This document shows positions 36,801 through 49,300 of a stretch of DNA of 64,000 nucleotides, one piece after another. Numbering within the stretch: position 1 is the first letter of the stretch; each line of letters opens with the position of its first letter. The translations under genes were made by a program, and so were the position numbers. Location: positions 496,001-560,000 of the forward strand of contig CAJINV010000016.1 in NCBI GenBank assembly GCA_905178155.1, given 5' to 3'. The notes beneath the pieces are model-generated. The model was not told where the DNA came from. It saw only the letters and a program-made list of their open reading frames with translations, and made no database searches. This DNA is from Amoebophrya sp. A120 (lineage: Eukaryota; Protista; Dinoflagellata).

Positions 36801-39800
36801 GGTCTGGAATGCGGGACCTAGCATGACAGAGTCTGAGAGGTCTCTACCATGCCTATCCTACATGAGCAACTTCCTCCAAACTTGGTCGAAACTGGACAGC
36901 TTTTGGCACTCATGCAACACAGATTTCTGCATGATTCGATTTTACCATGACAAGTTCCAACCTTCCAGGCCCAGACATTTTTACATTTGATAGCGACGAG
37001 GAGCAAGCGAAAGGGGGCGTTGAGCAGGGAGCTGATCATGTTCGGGATGATGTCGTTCGTTTTGAACTCGTATGCATTGCAAAAATGTCTGGGTTTGGAA
37101 GATTGCCAGGCTCGTCATGCATATTTTGCATGACTCCTGACGTTTGTGATGCATGCCCTAGCATCACAGATTTTGCGCGGCCTTCCTGATGCCTCTCCCG
37201 CATGAGAAATGCCCTCTCCACGTAGCACAAATTGGACTTCTCTTGCTGCTCATGCAATACATTTTTTTTTAAGAATCCAAAGACAGCATCACAGGTTCCA
37301 TCCTTCCAGACCACCGAAACATATTTGCAATGCATAACTCGTACGGCTCCACGCGTCGCTTGCAGCACTATCCTGAGCAAAAACGCCCCCAGACCAGAGT
37401 CAAGATGCGAAATCTGCTAGACAAAGCAGCCAGCCTTCGTTGTTCCGCATGACAAGTTTGGCCTCGTAGTGTAATCCTGTTGAGCTAGCTCCAGCAGCAT
37501 CACAGATCTAGCCCACTATGCTGGTTGGAGCATTACAAATTCCAACGCACGACTAGAAACAAAACGCTTCAAATGGGGCTCCGCATGACAAACATTTTGA
37601 GCATGCGGATTTGCATGACAATTATGGGGTGGCGACTTTTTTCCTCATGATAAGCACTCCTTGAAAAACTTCTTCTTCTTCAGTTGCGACCGCAGCTGCG
37701 TCTCCTTCTCAGTTGTGGTGCCGCGAATCTGGTCCTGCGGAATCCAAGTCGTGGAACCGAACAAAGTCTCCTTCAGTTCCGCAACGAAAATGAGGAAGTT
37801 CGCGCGCAGGGTTTCGTCCGACAACATCTCGCCAGTATGAGAGTACAGCACACCTCCCCCTCCCCCTCATTTGTATGGCATGAACAGCAATACAAGAGCG
37901 TCAGTCGGAATGCGAATGCAGGTTCTGCATCACAAATTTGTGCAAAAGTGTAGTGCTATTTGGGCCGCTGCCAGAACTTGTCATGCGAATAGTGCCAAGC
38001 GGCAACTTGTGAAAAATTTCCATTTCGTGTTTTGCATTACAAACGAGGGGAAATAGGGGGACGAGTTGTGCACTCTCATACCCGGTGTTCTGGGTGTAGA
38101 GGTAGTTCTCGGATAACCGGTAGTCCCGTTCGGGCACGGTCTGCAGAAAGTAGTAGAGCGGGAGGGAATATCAAATGTAAAAGCGTCTGGGTCTGGAAGA
38201 TTAGAACTTGTCATGCTAAATCTGAATGATGCAAAAATCTGTGTTGCGTGAGTACCAAAAGCTGTCCGCTTTTGACCAAGTTGAGAGGGAGTTTCTCATG
38301 CAGGAAAGGCATGATAGAGACCTCAAAGAATCTGTCATGCTGGGTCTCGCATTCCAGACGTCATGGGTCGTGGAAAACCTGCATCACAAGTCTTGCATTT
38401 TTCCAGACCCAGACATTTTTGCATTTGATAGGGAAAAGGAGAGCAGACCGAGGACCAACACGTTAAACCCGTGGGACAGACTATCGCAAGAAAAAACTGT
38501 TTCACTGTGAACTTGTGATGCAGAAAATGGAGCGCAGAACTATTTGTCTTGCTACACCTGCAAGACATTGGATTTTCAAGCGTGTTTTCCCGTGGGAAAC
38601 GCGCATGGCAAATCTTCTGTGTCATGTGTATACAAACTTGTGATGCGGTTCTTGCAAAATCATCACAGTGACACAGTTTTTTCGTTGAATACAGACAGCC
38701 GCTGTTCGCGGACCCGTCGCAGTCCGGCCCCCACTTCATCATCCCCACCATGGCCATGCCCATGATGGAAATAATTGTCCGCATCATGAACATGTATCCC
38801 CACAGGCGGTCGCGCTCCTTGTAGTGCGGCGTCAGTTCGTTCCCGAAGGCCTCCATCGGGAGCATGGTCAGGGTATCGGCTAACTTCGAAACGATGTGCC
38901 AGAACCCGAAGTAGAAGGCAGAAAAGGAGGAACCCAGATTCGGCGGAAAAAAACCCAGCACAAACGCGAGCGGGGTGAACCTTTTTTTTTGGGGGACGAA
39001 GATTATAAATGTTTTTTCTTTTTGGTTTTTTTTCCCGGAAAGATCATGTCAAGCAGGTAAACCTAATTTATGCACGAATTCATCAAATTCTTTGCTGGAC
39101 GAATGCAGTACAATAGTACTTGCTTACGCTAATATCCACGTAGAAGTGAGAAGTACCATACGGCGACTCGCAAGAACGGTTTTCTCCGCCCCTGTTTACT
39201 CACCCAGTTGTCCGTGATGCGCGCAAACCAGGGATCCGTAAACGCGTCGATGAGCACCCCTAAAATCATGAACATGCTCATGATGCCGATGTTTGCCTGC
39301 GGGTAGTCGTCCGTGTAAAATTTCTTCATGTACACCTCCTTGGAGAACTGCATGACGCGAAACTATCGCAGAGAAAAAACAAAAAGCAGGCAGGGCATGT
39401 AGTTTGTAATGCAAAAATAAATACACAGAAAAATCTGTCATGGGCGGATGCACATAGCATGCTGTTTAGGATACGCGCTATGTGCTGTTATCTTTGCATT
39501 ACAAATGTGCCCTGCCTGTTGTTTTAGATGTGTGATAGAAACCCCGCGATGCTCATGCCGAACAGAAAGATCGTCAGCCGCGGCAGCCTATCAAATGTAA
39601 AAGTGTCTGGGTCTGGAAGCATGCAACTTGTGATGCTGCGTCTGGATTCTACAAAAATCTGTATTGCATGAAAAGCAAAAGAGGTCCAGTTTTTTCCACG
39701 CCGAGAGGGCATTTCTCATGCGGTACAGGCATCAGGAAGCCCTCACAAAATCTGTGAAGCTAGGGCATGCATCACAGACATCAGAAGTCATGCAAAATGT

Positions 39801-40983
39801 GCACGACAAACCTTGCATCCTTCCAGACCCAGACACTTTTGCATTTGATACAGCCGGCCCTGCCGTTTGCCGTTCGCGTTCATCGTAGCGCCCCCCATCA
39901 GGTCTCCCTGCTGCACCCGCGAGTTTCGGTTGTCGAACTTGGCCGCAGGCTTATTGTGAGGAAAAATGCCCCCACCCCAGAACTTGGGAACATTTGTGTT
40001 GCAAACCTTTCCAATGGAACCGCTCGCCGTCTTGCATGTATCAGCATCACAGATCTTCAATCGTGAATAGCGAAAATTTGTATTGCAAAAGATCCCAGCA
40101 ACAGCGCCGTTTGTCATGCAAGCGATGCTGTATACGACTAGACTCCGCATCAAAAAGATTCATAGTCCTTTCATGCATGACAAAAAGTTTTCATTTGGAA
40201 ACCTCGCATCACAAATTACTACAACTTTCGGGGTGGGGGCATTTTTCATTTTGATAGGGGTACAGGTCGCTGTACGGAATCGCGGACAGGTTCACGCGGG
40301 AGGAGAGCTTGTACAGCTCCTGTTTTCTGGTCATCAGAGCGCCCTTGGAGGCCACGATATCAAATGTAAAAATGTCTGGGTCTGGAAGATTCATGCTGTT
40401 TTTGCATGACACAGAAGGTCTGGCACGGAAGCTCTAGCATCACAGGTTTCGAGAAGCCTCCGCAATGCCGAACCCGCATGAGAAATCCCCCATTTTGATG
40501 ACAGAATTGAGCAGCTTTTGCTACCTATGCATGAGAGATTTTTCTATGTTCGACAATGCGCATCACAAGTTCACATCCTTCCAGACCCAGACATTTTTCC
40601 ATTTGATACACGAGGTGCTTCAGCGACTCCGGAATCTCCTTCGAGTCCTCGTGCTCCGGCGGAGCGGGGTTGTATCCTGAGTAAAAACGTCCCCATACCA
40701 CTCAGAGTCAAGATGGAAAATCTGCTGGACAGATCAGCCAACTTTGGTTGTTTCGCATGACAAGTTTGTCCTCGTAGTGTAATCCTGTTTGGCTACTTTA
40801 GCAGCATCACAGATCTAGAACATCATGCTATTTCTAGCATCACGAATACCAAAACACGACTAGAAAAAGCTTCTCATGTGGCTTCGCATGAGACACTTTT
40901 TTGGCATGCAGATTTGCATGACAACTCTGGGGTGGGGATGTTTTTACTCAGAATAGTTTGCCTCCGCCCTTCATGGTCGGCAT
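30900..40983 (-). CDS. MFS_2/GPH (Na+/melibiose-symporter-like) transporter with a long C-terminal extension, about 25 exons; 3' end approximate
   Basis: Motifs IDAFTDPWFARITDNWVSKQGRRKPFL, MLPMEAFGNELTPHYKERDRL and SMLNDVVDYDEFLSGKRREAQY. The frame is restored across consecutive introners. ATG at 40983. Confidence 0.8.
31100..31373. mobile_element. TIR introner family A
   Basis: TSD tgccc; very similar to the 18578 copy. Confidence 0.9.
31454..31761. mobile_element. Degenerate TIR introner family D
   Basis: TSD cggct/aggct. Confidence 0.7.
32868..33197. mobile_element. TIR introner, D-related
   Basis: tatcctgtgta / tacacaggata; TSD agttc. Confidence 0.85.
33617..33884. mobile_element. TIR introner family A
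   Basis: TSD cgact/ggact. Confidence 0.88.
34450..34709. mobile_element. TIR introner family A
   Basis: TSD gctgc. Confidence 0.9.
34796..35047. mobile_element. TIR introner family A
   Basis: TSD tcccc. Confidence 0.9.
35273..35554. mobile_element. TIR introner family D
   Basis: TSD cttcg. Confidence 0.88.
35968..36293. mobile_element. TIR introner family B
   Basis: TSD cgaga. Confidence 0.9.
36352..36634. mobile_element. TIR introner family D
   Basis: TSD tcgct. Confidence 0.9.
36732..36992. mobile_element. TIR introner family A
   Basis: TSD gcgac. Confidence 0.9.
37071..37336. mobile_element. TIR introner family A
   Basis: TSD actcg. Confidence 0.9.
37369..37652. mobile_element. TIR introner family D
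   Basis: TSD agcac. Confidence 0.85.
37836..38080. mobile_element. TIR introner family F
   Basis: tatgagagtaca / tgcactctcata; TSD degenerate. Confidence 0.8.
38169..38430. mobile_element. TIR introner family A
   Basis: TSD gggaa. Confidence 0.9.
38482..38691. mobile_element. TIR introner family E
   Basis: TSD cagac; similar to the 9078 copy. Confidence 0.9.
39364..39537. mobile_element. TIR introner, E-related
   Basis: TSD gaaac. Confidence 0.8.
39589..39850. mobile_element. TIR introner family A
   Basis: TSD cagcc. Confidence 0.9.
39952..40256. mobile_element. TIR introner family B-variant
   Basis: gaaaaatgcccccacccc TIR; similar to the 59431 copy; TSD degenerate. Confidence 0.85.
40358..40608. 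mobile_element. TIR introner family A
   Basis: TSD cacga; similar to the 25775 copy. Confidence 0.9.
40673..40955. mobile_element. TIR introner family D
   Basis: TSD ggttg/gtttg. Confidence 0.88.
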
Positions 40984-41689
40984 CTTATTTTGTCCTCAAG
41001 GTGCCTCTGTCTGTGTCTCAGTAGAGGGCGGTCACGGTGCACAAGAAGCTGAAAAATAGACACGACGTGGTCTCTAAGAATCTATCAATACTAGTCGCGC
41101 CCCGTGGGCTAGGTAGGTTGATTGGCTGCTGCAATGCCGTGGTCTACGGTGAAACAACTCTACAAAAGTGCCATCAATGTAGCTGCAGCATGATTCATTC
41201 TCTCGTATAACTCGGCTGAAATTCGATATTGATTCAGTGAGGTACTGTGACGGCCTGAATCAATGTGAAGTATCTTGAATTTGATATAATATATCAAATT
41301 CCTTCGGAGAGAAACAAACAAGCTGCTTCCATCTGAGTACGACCAAGAAAAAACATAGGTGAAGCCAACCCAACGGAAGCCGGTGGAAATCGTGAAAAGA
41401 ATAAAAAACTGCGCCTCATGATCACCCCTCCTCTTCTCTCAATTCAAAAAAAGAGACAGACGGCCAAAAGGAGAAATGCCTGCTGTTTGTCTGCTCTCTT
41501 CAGAAACACAAACCGCCCGTCTGTCTGATCTCAGAACGACTTTACGCCTGTGCGCTCTGGCTGCGCGTCAAGCCAAAGCTGAAAAGATTCAAACCAATAA
41601 AGGAAAAGGAATACTGCCAAAACGCACGTCGCCGCTGGCCCATACAAACCACAAGCCGCACCATGCCTTACTCACCCATGGGTGGGCAC

Positions 41690-42640
41690 ATGGGCCGGTG
41701 GATCAAGAAGCATAGCGGCAACCAACACGCCCGGCAAGGGCCGACACTACCAAAGGGAGCGAGGGCCGCGCCAGAGGTCGGTGGCCTCTCTGCGCATAGC
41801 ACCGGCTGAAGCGGCGGACTTGGCCGCCAAAAGCCTGCGCCAGGGCCCTCCCACCGGGCACTGAGGCGCCCTGCCTGTGGTGTGGGGGCAGCGGCAGCCG
41901 CGGCCGGCAGCCCGCCGGGCGCGCCGGTCCTTCCTTCGAGGCGGCCCGGTAGTGAAAAAACCAAACGAACTCGTGGGGGCGCTCGCTTTGGCGCGGCGGG
42001 CTGGCTTGCAACGATAAGGCGCGGCCGGGGGCCCCGCCCATGCCGGGGGCCGGCGGCCCGATGCTTCATTCTTCAGAAAGTCGCGGCAGATTGATTGCAG
42101 CGGCCGCATCGCACTCGGGACGCACTACCTCAATGTGGCCGCGGTTTGCGGCCCTGCATGCTGGAAGAGGGGACGGCGGGGCCCTGCGGCAAAGAAACCG
42201 CTACTGCCCCGCGGAATGATCCCCGAGCGAGTCCCCATATTGACGGCTCTTCCTGCTTTGGACGAGCTCCCTTATTCGGGGAGCCCGCCCGACCTTGCCC
42301 CCGCCCCCCCCCGCGGCATGCGGCGCGGCCGCGCCCGCCCGGGGCCTGAAAGTGGCGCACGCGTCGCGAATATGCGCCCGGGCCGCCACGTTCCTGGCCC
42401 ACCTCCCAGATGATGCGCGCCACGCTGCGCGGCGCAGCTTTCGCGCTGCCGTCCCAAAGCGGGCGCAGAGTATTCGCGCCCGTCCATCTGGCGAATGGGC
42501 TCCCCGCGCCATTAAGCACCTTCGCGAGCGCGCGCGCTGTTCCGTGTCGCAGGAACGCCACGCCACGACGAAAGTCCCACCCAACCCAAACACGCCCCGA
42601 GGGCGGACCCGGCTCCCATGCACACACTGCGGAGGGCGCT
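41690..42640. other. GC-rich intergenic island
   Basis: Same composition as the other two islands. Confidence 0.6.
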
Positions 42641-43335
42641 AAGCTTTCCCCTTCTATTTCTCTTGTTCCGTTGACATGTGAAAAAACAAAAACACCTCTC
42701 AGCACTGCGCTTGCTCCTGTGAAAAAAAGTCGAACATCAAGTACTTAAGATGCAGTGCAACCAGTGAAACTGCAGCCCCAAAAAAAATTCACCAGCACAT
42801 GGCATTTGCTTTTGATTCGACACCTTCTTGGAAGGCTACTTTTGACACAATTGCAATTGATTGAGAGAAAATCTTTTGAGGTTCTACATTTATTTCTTTC
42901 AAAAAAAGCGGGACAGGTATAGACAATTCACGCAATGCAGTTCTGCAGATCAACTCACGGCCAACAAGCCGTGGCCCTACAATCTACGAGCACGTAAGTT
43001 CGCCGACCACGGACAAAAAGTAACGTGAAGAAAAGACAGCGCTCAGGCCTTTTCTGATTTGCTTTTGCTACACAAGTTCATATTGGCCCACGACGCGGCG
43101 CCGCAATCTGTTTGTTTGTATGTACCTGCGTAGAGATAAGGTGGCAACGCGAGTCTATTCACCTATTTTCCTTTTGCCGAGCGCTGCTTCAAGAAAAAAG
43201 ACAAAAGCTTCATAGTTTGGGGTAAAGATGTGCTTGATAGAATCAATTACAATCGAAACGACAAACGAAACAAAATGCTGCTTGGACACCAGAACATCGA
43301 AAAAAATCCCCACAAGGAAGACCTCCCTTCCCCCG

Positions 43336-46300
43336 CTACCGGTTCTCCATGACAAAATGGTTCGCCGAGCTGTGCCAGTCCATTTCCTGCGGGGTCTGCT
43401 GCAAAAAAGACCACAGCTGGTTCCCGTACATGGCAATTTTCATCCCAATGCATTGCCGCGAGAACTGTAACCGGAGCAACAGGTCGAAGTGCGCCCGGCT
43501 CGCGTCCAACCGCTCTTCGCCCTTCGTGATCGTCGCCATGCTCGGCGTGTACTTGTCGACTTTCAGTTCCATGTTTCGCATATCCCCGACAATCCTCGTG
43601 TACGCCTGGATCTCGACCAACTTCGGTTGCCAGTACTTCAATTCGATGAATTCCTGCCGGTCCTCGAACAACATCCGCCCCCGGCCGCCCTTCATCATGT
43701 TCTTCAAGTCTTGCACTTTCTTCGACAAGAACAGCACCCGCTTCTTCACGTCGTACGCCAATGTCCGCGCCGCTCGTTCCAACGCGTCCGACGTCCAAAC
43801 GGGTAAGTCAATCGTCAAATTCGGCGCGGTGGTCCCCGGGATCTGCAACGCCGCCTGGTACTCGGGGTCCGTCGCCCGGTTCCAGATTGGGAAGTTGTCC
43901 AGAATGAAGTTGTTCACGATCCCGTAGGCCATCATCGGCATGTCCTTGTCAATCGGCCCCTGTCGCTGCGACGCGTCCCGTTCCGCCTCGACAGAGACAC
44001 ACGTCCGGTACAAATGGTGCGCGACGCAGTGGACCGCGGTGACGCAGAGATTGCGGAAGTGAAGATCAATCCCCATGGCTTGCAAGAGCTTTCCGATGTC
44101 CTGCCTTTTCACGCTCGCGGAAGGCGACTGGTTCTGCAGGTAGACTTGCAGCATGTCCCACGCGCCGTGGCCGAGGTACTTCTCGTGGATGGCTTCCCGT
44201 AAATCGGAGAACAGCCCGTAGTCCTGCAGAACCGATTCTAATTCTTGCTGGATAGCGGGAGCGTTGTGCTGGGAAACCTGATAGTTTTGATTATGGACAA
44301 AATTTTGATGTGGATACGTTAGTTTGTCATGCGGGTGTTTGTTCCAGCTTGAGAAACAAGTGCTCTTGACATGCGAAAAATTTTCTCGTCCACAAAAGCC
44401 TTCTTCGCACCATAAGTACTTACTTTGTAGTCATCCGCCGCCATCGCAGACATGCAGGTGCCGAAAAGAACGTCCCGAAGAGCTTGCAACGAGGCCATGA
44501 TCCTTTTGTTCAAATCCTTCTTCGCGGTGCTGTTCGGCCCGAAACGGACACGATTTGGATCGGCGGTAGCTGTTGTTTGATTTGTCAAGTGAGAAAATGC
44601 ATCAGAAATACGCTTTCTCATGCACATTACAGCAATAGAAATCTACTGACAAACCGATCAAACAAAACAAATCAAAGCAAGTACTCGGCCCCATGTCCTC
44701 CAGCACATCCTGCATGGTGTATCAAAATGAAAAATCCCCCCTCCCATATCGAAGTGGAAGTCTGTGATGCAGGATTTGCGTACACAAATCGGATTTGTCT
44801 TGCACTAGTGGACTGCACACAGATACAAAGCTGGAGTAGAAGGGGCGTTTTGGTGTAGGGGCAACGCAAGGCAGGTATGTCCTCCCTAGGCCATACAGCA
44901 TTACAAATTGCCTGCCGAACGCGGCCAGGTTTTTGGATTTGCTTTCTTGCAATACAGAGGCGATTTGTGGCCTCAAATCAGCATCACAAATTTTCAGAAG
45001 TGTCCTGTTTTGGTATGGGGACGGGGGATTTTTTCTCACAATATGGTGCTCCGTTCCAGACAGCTCTCGTCGTAGCGCATCTGCAGCATGATTTGCTCCA
45101 CTGGATTGTCCAATTGGTGGGCGTCGTGCCCCGCGGCGAAGTGCAGCTGGTCGGTGAGCCACGGTCTTGCGAAGTCCATGGCCCCGGTGGCGATAAAGGG
45201 CATTCCCTCGGTGATGTCGAAGCAGGACTGCCGCAGGCTAGAAATCGCCGTGGCTAAATCTTGCGGGACCGGCAATCTCCCCATGTACGGGCCCGGCTGG
45301 TACATTTTCTGCTGTTGCGGGCCCCGGGCGTTCTTGTACTTTTCCAACTTCCCCTCAATGTGCCCGACGTTGTGCGCGACGCCGGTGTTCACTGGCACCC
45401 CTTCCGCTAAAGGAACGATGTTTTGCTGCACGATTCCGGAGCCCATTTGGTCCCGGTAGTCCATCGGGCCGGGGGAGAACACCGGATTGCCCCCGGGTTG
45501 CCCAACGCCGCCCTGCGGCCCGTAGTACAACACGCCGTTTCTGCCCGCGGCCGCAGTCGGCGCCACACCGAGGTCCATCCCGACGGAGTGGGGCGCGCGG
45601 TAGCGGTCCGGGTCCATGCCGACGAGGTTTCCGCCTAGGCCGGGAACAGTATTGTGAGGAAAAATTCCCTCTCCCCTTATCGCAACCGAAATCTGTGCTG
45701 CTGTATTTGAGTACACAAATCCACTTGTATTGCTAAAAGGCCAAGAGACGCAGTTGCTCCATCTTTTGAAGGCAATTTGCAATGCTGTTTCCCGTTTCCA
45801 GTTGCTTCCTGTCATGCTGAAGACGCAAGGCTTTCCTGCGCCAGCCAGCACTACAATACGCCTGATCTCTTCCCTTCTCGCATTACAAATCATGCTACAC
45901 AAATCTCCGGTTTTATGTGGGCAGGGGAGATTTTTCATTTTGATAGACAGCCCCGCCCATCCCCCCGCCCATGCCGTAGAGGTCGCGACCGGAGCCACCG
46001 AGCTGGAGATCTTGCGGCAGCATGGAGCCCACGGGGTTCATTTGGTTTTGGTTGAAGTTCGCAAGGGGGGAACCGGAGATCTGGTTCGCCATCAGCGCAG
46101 GATCGTTCATGTGCTTCAGGTCTGATAAAAGTTGTGTTTATTTCGTGTGAGAAAGGTGATGTTGAAAAATCATACGCATACTCAAGCTCAAGCAGAAAGA
46201 GCATCACAAAAAGTGGCGGCCTACGCGTACGCCTACGCCGAAAAGATTATCTGAAATTAAAACCGTACTTGTCGACGCCTCCCTTTGCACCTCCATGTTG

Positions 46301-49300
46301 CCCAGCCCGTCCTTCCGCATGTATTCGCTGACAAACCGACTGTGCATGGCCTGCATCTGTCTTTCATTCGGCAGTTCGTACCCGAACGACTGGCTCGTGT
46401 TTTTGTAGTAGTTCCCGAAATCGGGCTGCTTCCGGATTTCGCACAACTCATTCATGATATTCCGCATTTTCGACACGGTTTCTTCCGTTTCGAGTCGTTT
46501 CAACCCGGAGACGATTTCCCCTAATTCCCGCATCTTCTTCTGGTGCAATTCGTCGTGGAGAAATTCCCGGAGATTGTCGTCCATTACCTCTCGAATGTTG
46601 CTTGCCAGTGCCCGGTTCATCTCGGTTGACCGGATTTGTCCGTTGATGGTCATACCAGACTGCGGGTCGTCATCTAGCGGGATTCCGCCGTAGCGCGTGA
46701 CTAAGTTTGGTCGCTGAATGGTTTTCAGAAGGACCTTATTTTTCTCTTCAATTTGTTCCTCCAAATCCTTGATTTTGTCAATCCACTTCCTCCGGGCGTT
46801 CTCGCGGGAAAGTTCCACTTGTGTTGCGAGCGGAACATCGGAATACTTCTCGCGGTAGTACAGGAATGACGGGTCGTCCGGAGGTGGTTCTTGTGCAGGA
46901 GCTTCTTTCAGATTTTTCACCTCACGACTGAGAGTTGTTGCATCCGCGGTCAACACTGCTTGTCTTTTCTTCAGTGGCGAGAAAGAAGACGCAGAAGTAT
47001 TGCTCTGTTTATTGTTCCTAGTCGACATATTAGATTTTTTCTCCGCTTCCTGCTGCTTCAATAAAAGCGACGACACGGTTTCCGCGATGATTCTTTTTGT
47101 TTTCTTGGTAACCGAAGAACTACTAGTGCCCTTGTTCTTCCCACTTGTTTTATTGCTCCCTCTATCCTTCTTCGCATTGGGGCTTTTCGTGGGCGAGATC
47201 GAGCCCTGATCGGTGTAAAATCTGACCCGCTTTTTCATCCCTCTGCTCGCGTCGTCATCGAGAGCGGAATCTGGTCTGTTGCTTTTTTTACTGCTAGAGG
47301 TACTCAAAATCGACTTCGACCGTCGCTTCTCTACCGGGGAGGCCTTGATGTTAATAGGCGGAGTTGTGCTATTTTTATCCGCACCGTGTGGGAGTTGCGC
47401 TGCTGCCGCTAACACTTTCTCCGTCTTACTCAGCAACTCGTCGATGGCAGAAGTAGGCCTGCCGCGGGTTGGCGTTGTTGTAAGGTTCACTCCTACTTCT
47501 CCCTCTGCCCGTACCGTTTCCTTCTTTTTTTTTGCCGCCGACCTGAACTCGCCGATAATTGCGTCCATCTTGTCAAAAGCGGACTGTCCGTCTCCTGCAG
47601 AAGCGGAAATTTGTGAGTCCAGAAACGGAGTCGGCGAGTTCATGATCTGGCCGAGGTCTTTGAGGTTGCTGTCCTTCTTCCCGTCTTGTTTTGATACCTT
47701 GTCCTTCTTCAACGTTTTGCTCTTCGCCGTGATCGTGGGCGTACTACGCGTAGAGTTTGTACTCTCTAGAACTGCTCTATGTTCCTTCTTGATCCAGTCT
47801 ATGCCGGGGGAAGCGTCTTGTCTTTTCCTCATCAACACCTCGAGCTCGTTCCTGCTACTCCCCTCTACTTCCACCAAAACTGGCGTTGCCGTTCTGCTCG
47901 CGGGCTGAAAATCCATCTCGTCCTTGACGGAATTCCGTATCGCCGCTAAGCCCGCGACTATGGGGGACAGCATGTCAACTTCTTCCGGTTTCTGATTTGA
48001 TGTTTTCACTGGGACAATCGAAGGCCTGGTGAGATTGAGTGTCGGCGTTGTTGGCTTTTGCAGCTTGGACGTTTTGAAATCCGTGCTGGAACTCCGGATC
48101 GTGGGCGTCAAATCTAACAGCTCTGCGGCTGCTGCGTCACTGCCCAGAAGGTTGTCGCGAATCTTGTTGCTCGGCGACGGAGAATCATTCTTTGTCGTTT
48201 CAATATTCTCAAGAATCTCCTGCTCACCGTCCTGTTTCTGCAGGTCGTGGCTCATTTCCTTCGCTTTATTCTCCCCATTTTTATCCTCGTCCGGATAAAA
48301 TAGCACATACTCCCTCGCTCTCCCCGGGTCGATCGCGAAATCGGTTTTTTCCTGCACCTCCCGCTGCCACTCCCGCATCCACTTCGGGGCGTTTTCGACC
48401 CCGCCCGCCTTCTCGATCAGCGAGAAATACAGGTCCGCGTTGTGGACCTTCTCGCCCTGCGTCGGGATTTTCGAGCGCGCGGCGCGCACGGTCTCCCCGT
48501 CCCACCGCGCGATGTCTTGCAAGACGGAGGAGCGTCTCAAGTGCAAATATGTCCTGGTCTGGAAGAATGCAAAGTTTGTCATGCACATTTTCCATGACCC
48601 GTGCTGTTTGCGATGCATGCCCTAGCTTGACAGATTTTCTGAGTGCTTTCTGATGCCCATACTGCATGAGGAATGCCCTTTCCGCGTCGCAAGAACTGGG
48701 CCTCTTTTGCTGATGGTGCAATACAGATTCTGTGTAGAATCCAAAGGCAGCATCACAAGTTGCAATGTTCCAGACCCAGACATATTTGCATTTCATAGAC
48801 CGGATCCGCGCCGACCGGATCGCGTCGCGCATGTGGTTATGGATTGCAAAAATGTATGGGTCTGGAAGAGCACAACTTTGTCATGCACATTTTCCATGAT
48901 CCATGATGTCTGTGATGTATGCCATAGCATCACAGATTTTTCGAGCGCTTATCTATGCGCATCCAGCATGACAAATGCCCTCCTGCGTAGCCAAATTTGA
49001 ATCCTCTTGCTGGTCATGCAATACAGATTTTTTTAGCATCCAAATGCAGCATCACAAGTTTGGCGCTTCCAGACCCAGACACTTTTGCATTTGATAGTGG
49101 TGGGCTTTGAAGTAACTCCCCATCGGGTCGATGTTGTTCAAGACTTCTTGTCATCAAGTCCAAAAATGTCTGGGTCTGGAAGAATGCAAGTTTGTCATGC
49201 TTGTCTCCCATGACTCTTAAACTTGTCCAAGACCCACATTTTTCTGTCATGCAGAAACGCAGTTTGTCATGCAGAATAGGCGACACCTAGAAGCTCAGAA

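Noticed and set aside
4195-42748. Long overlapping ORFs in the GC islands (e.g. 4195-4980, 28829-29675, 42130-42705)
   Set aside because: Arg/Ala/Pro/Gly-rich ORFs that are open in many frames are expected from stop-codon depletion at high GC.
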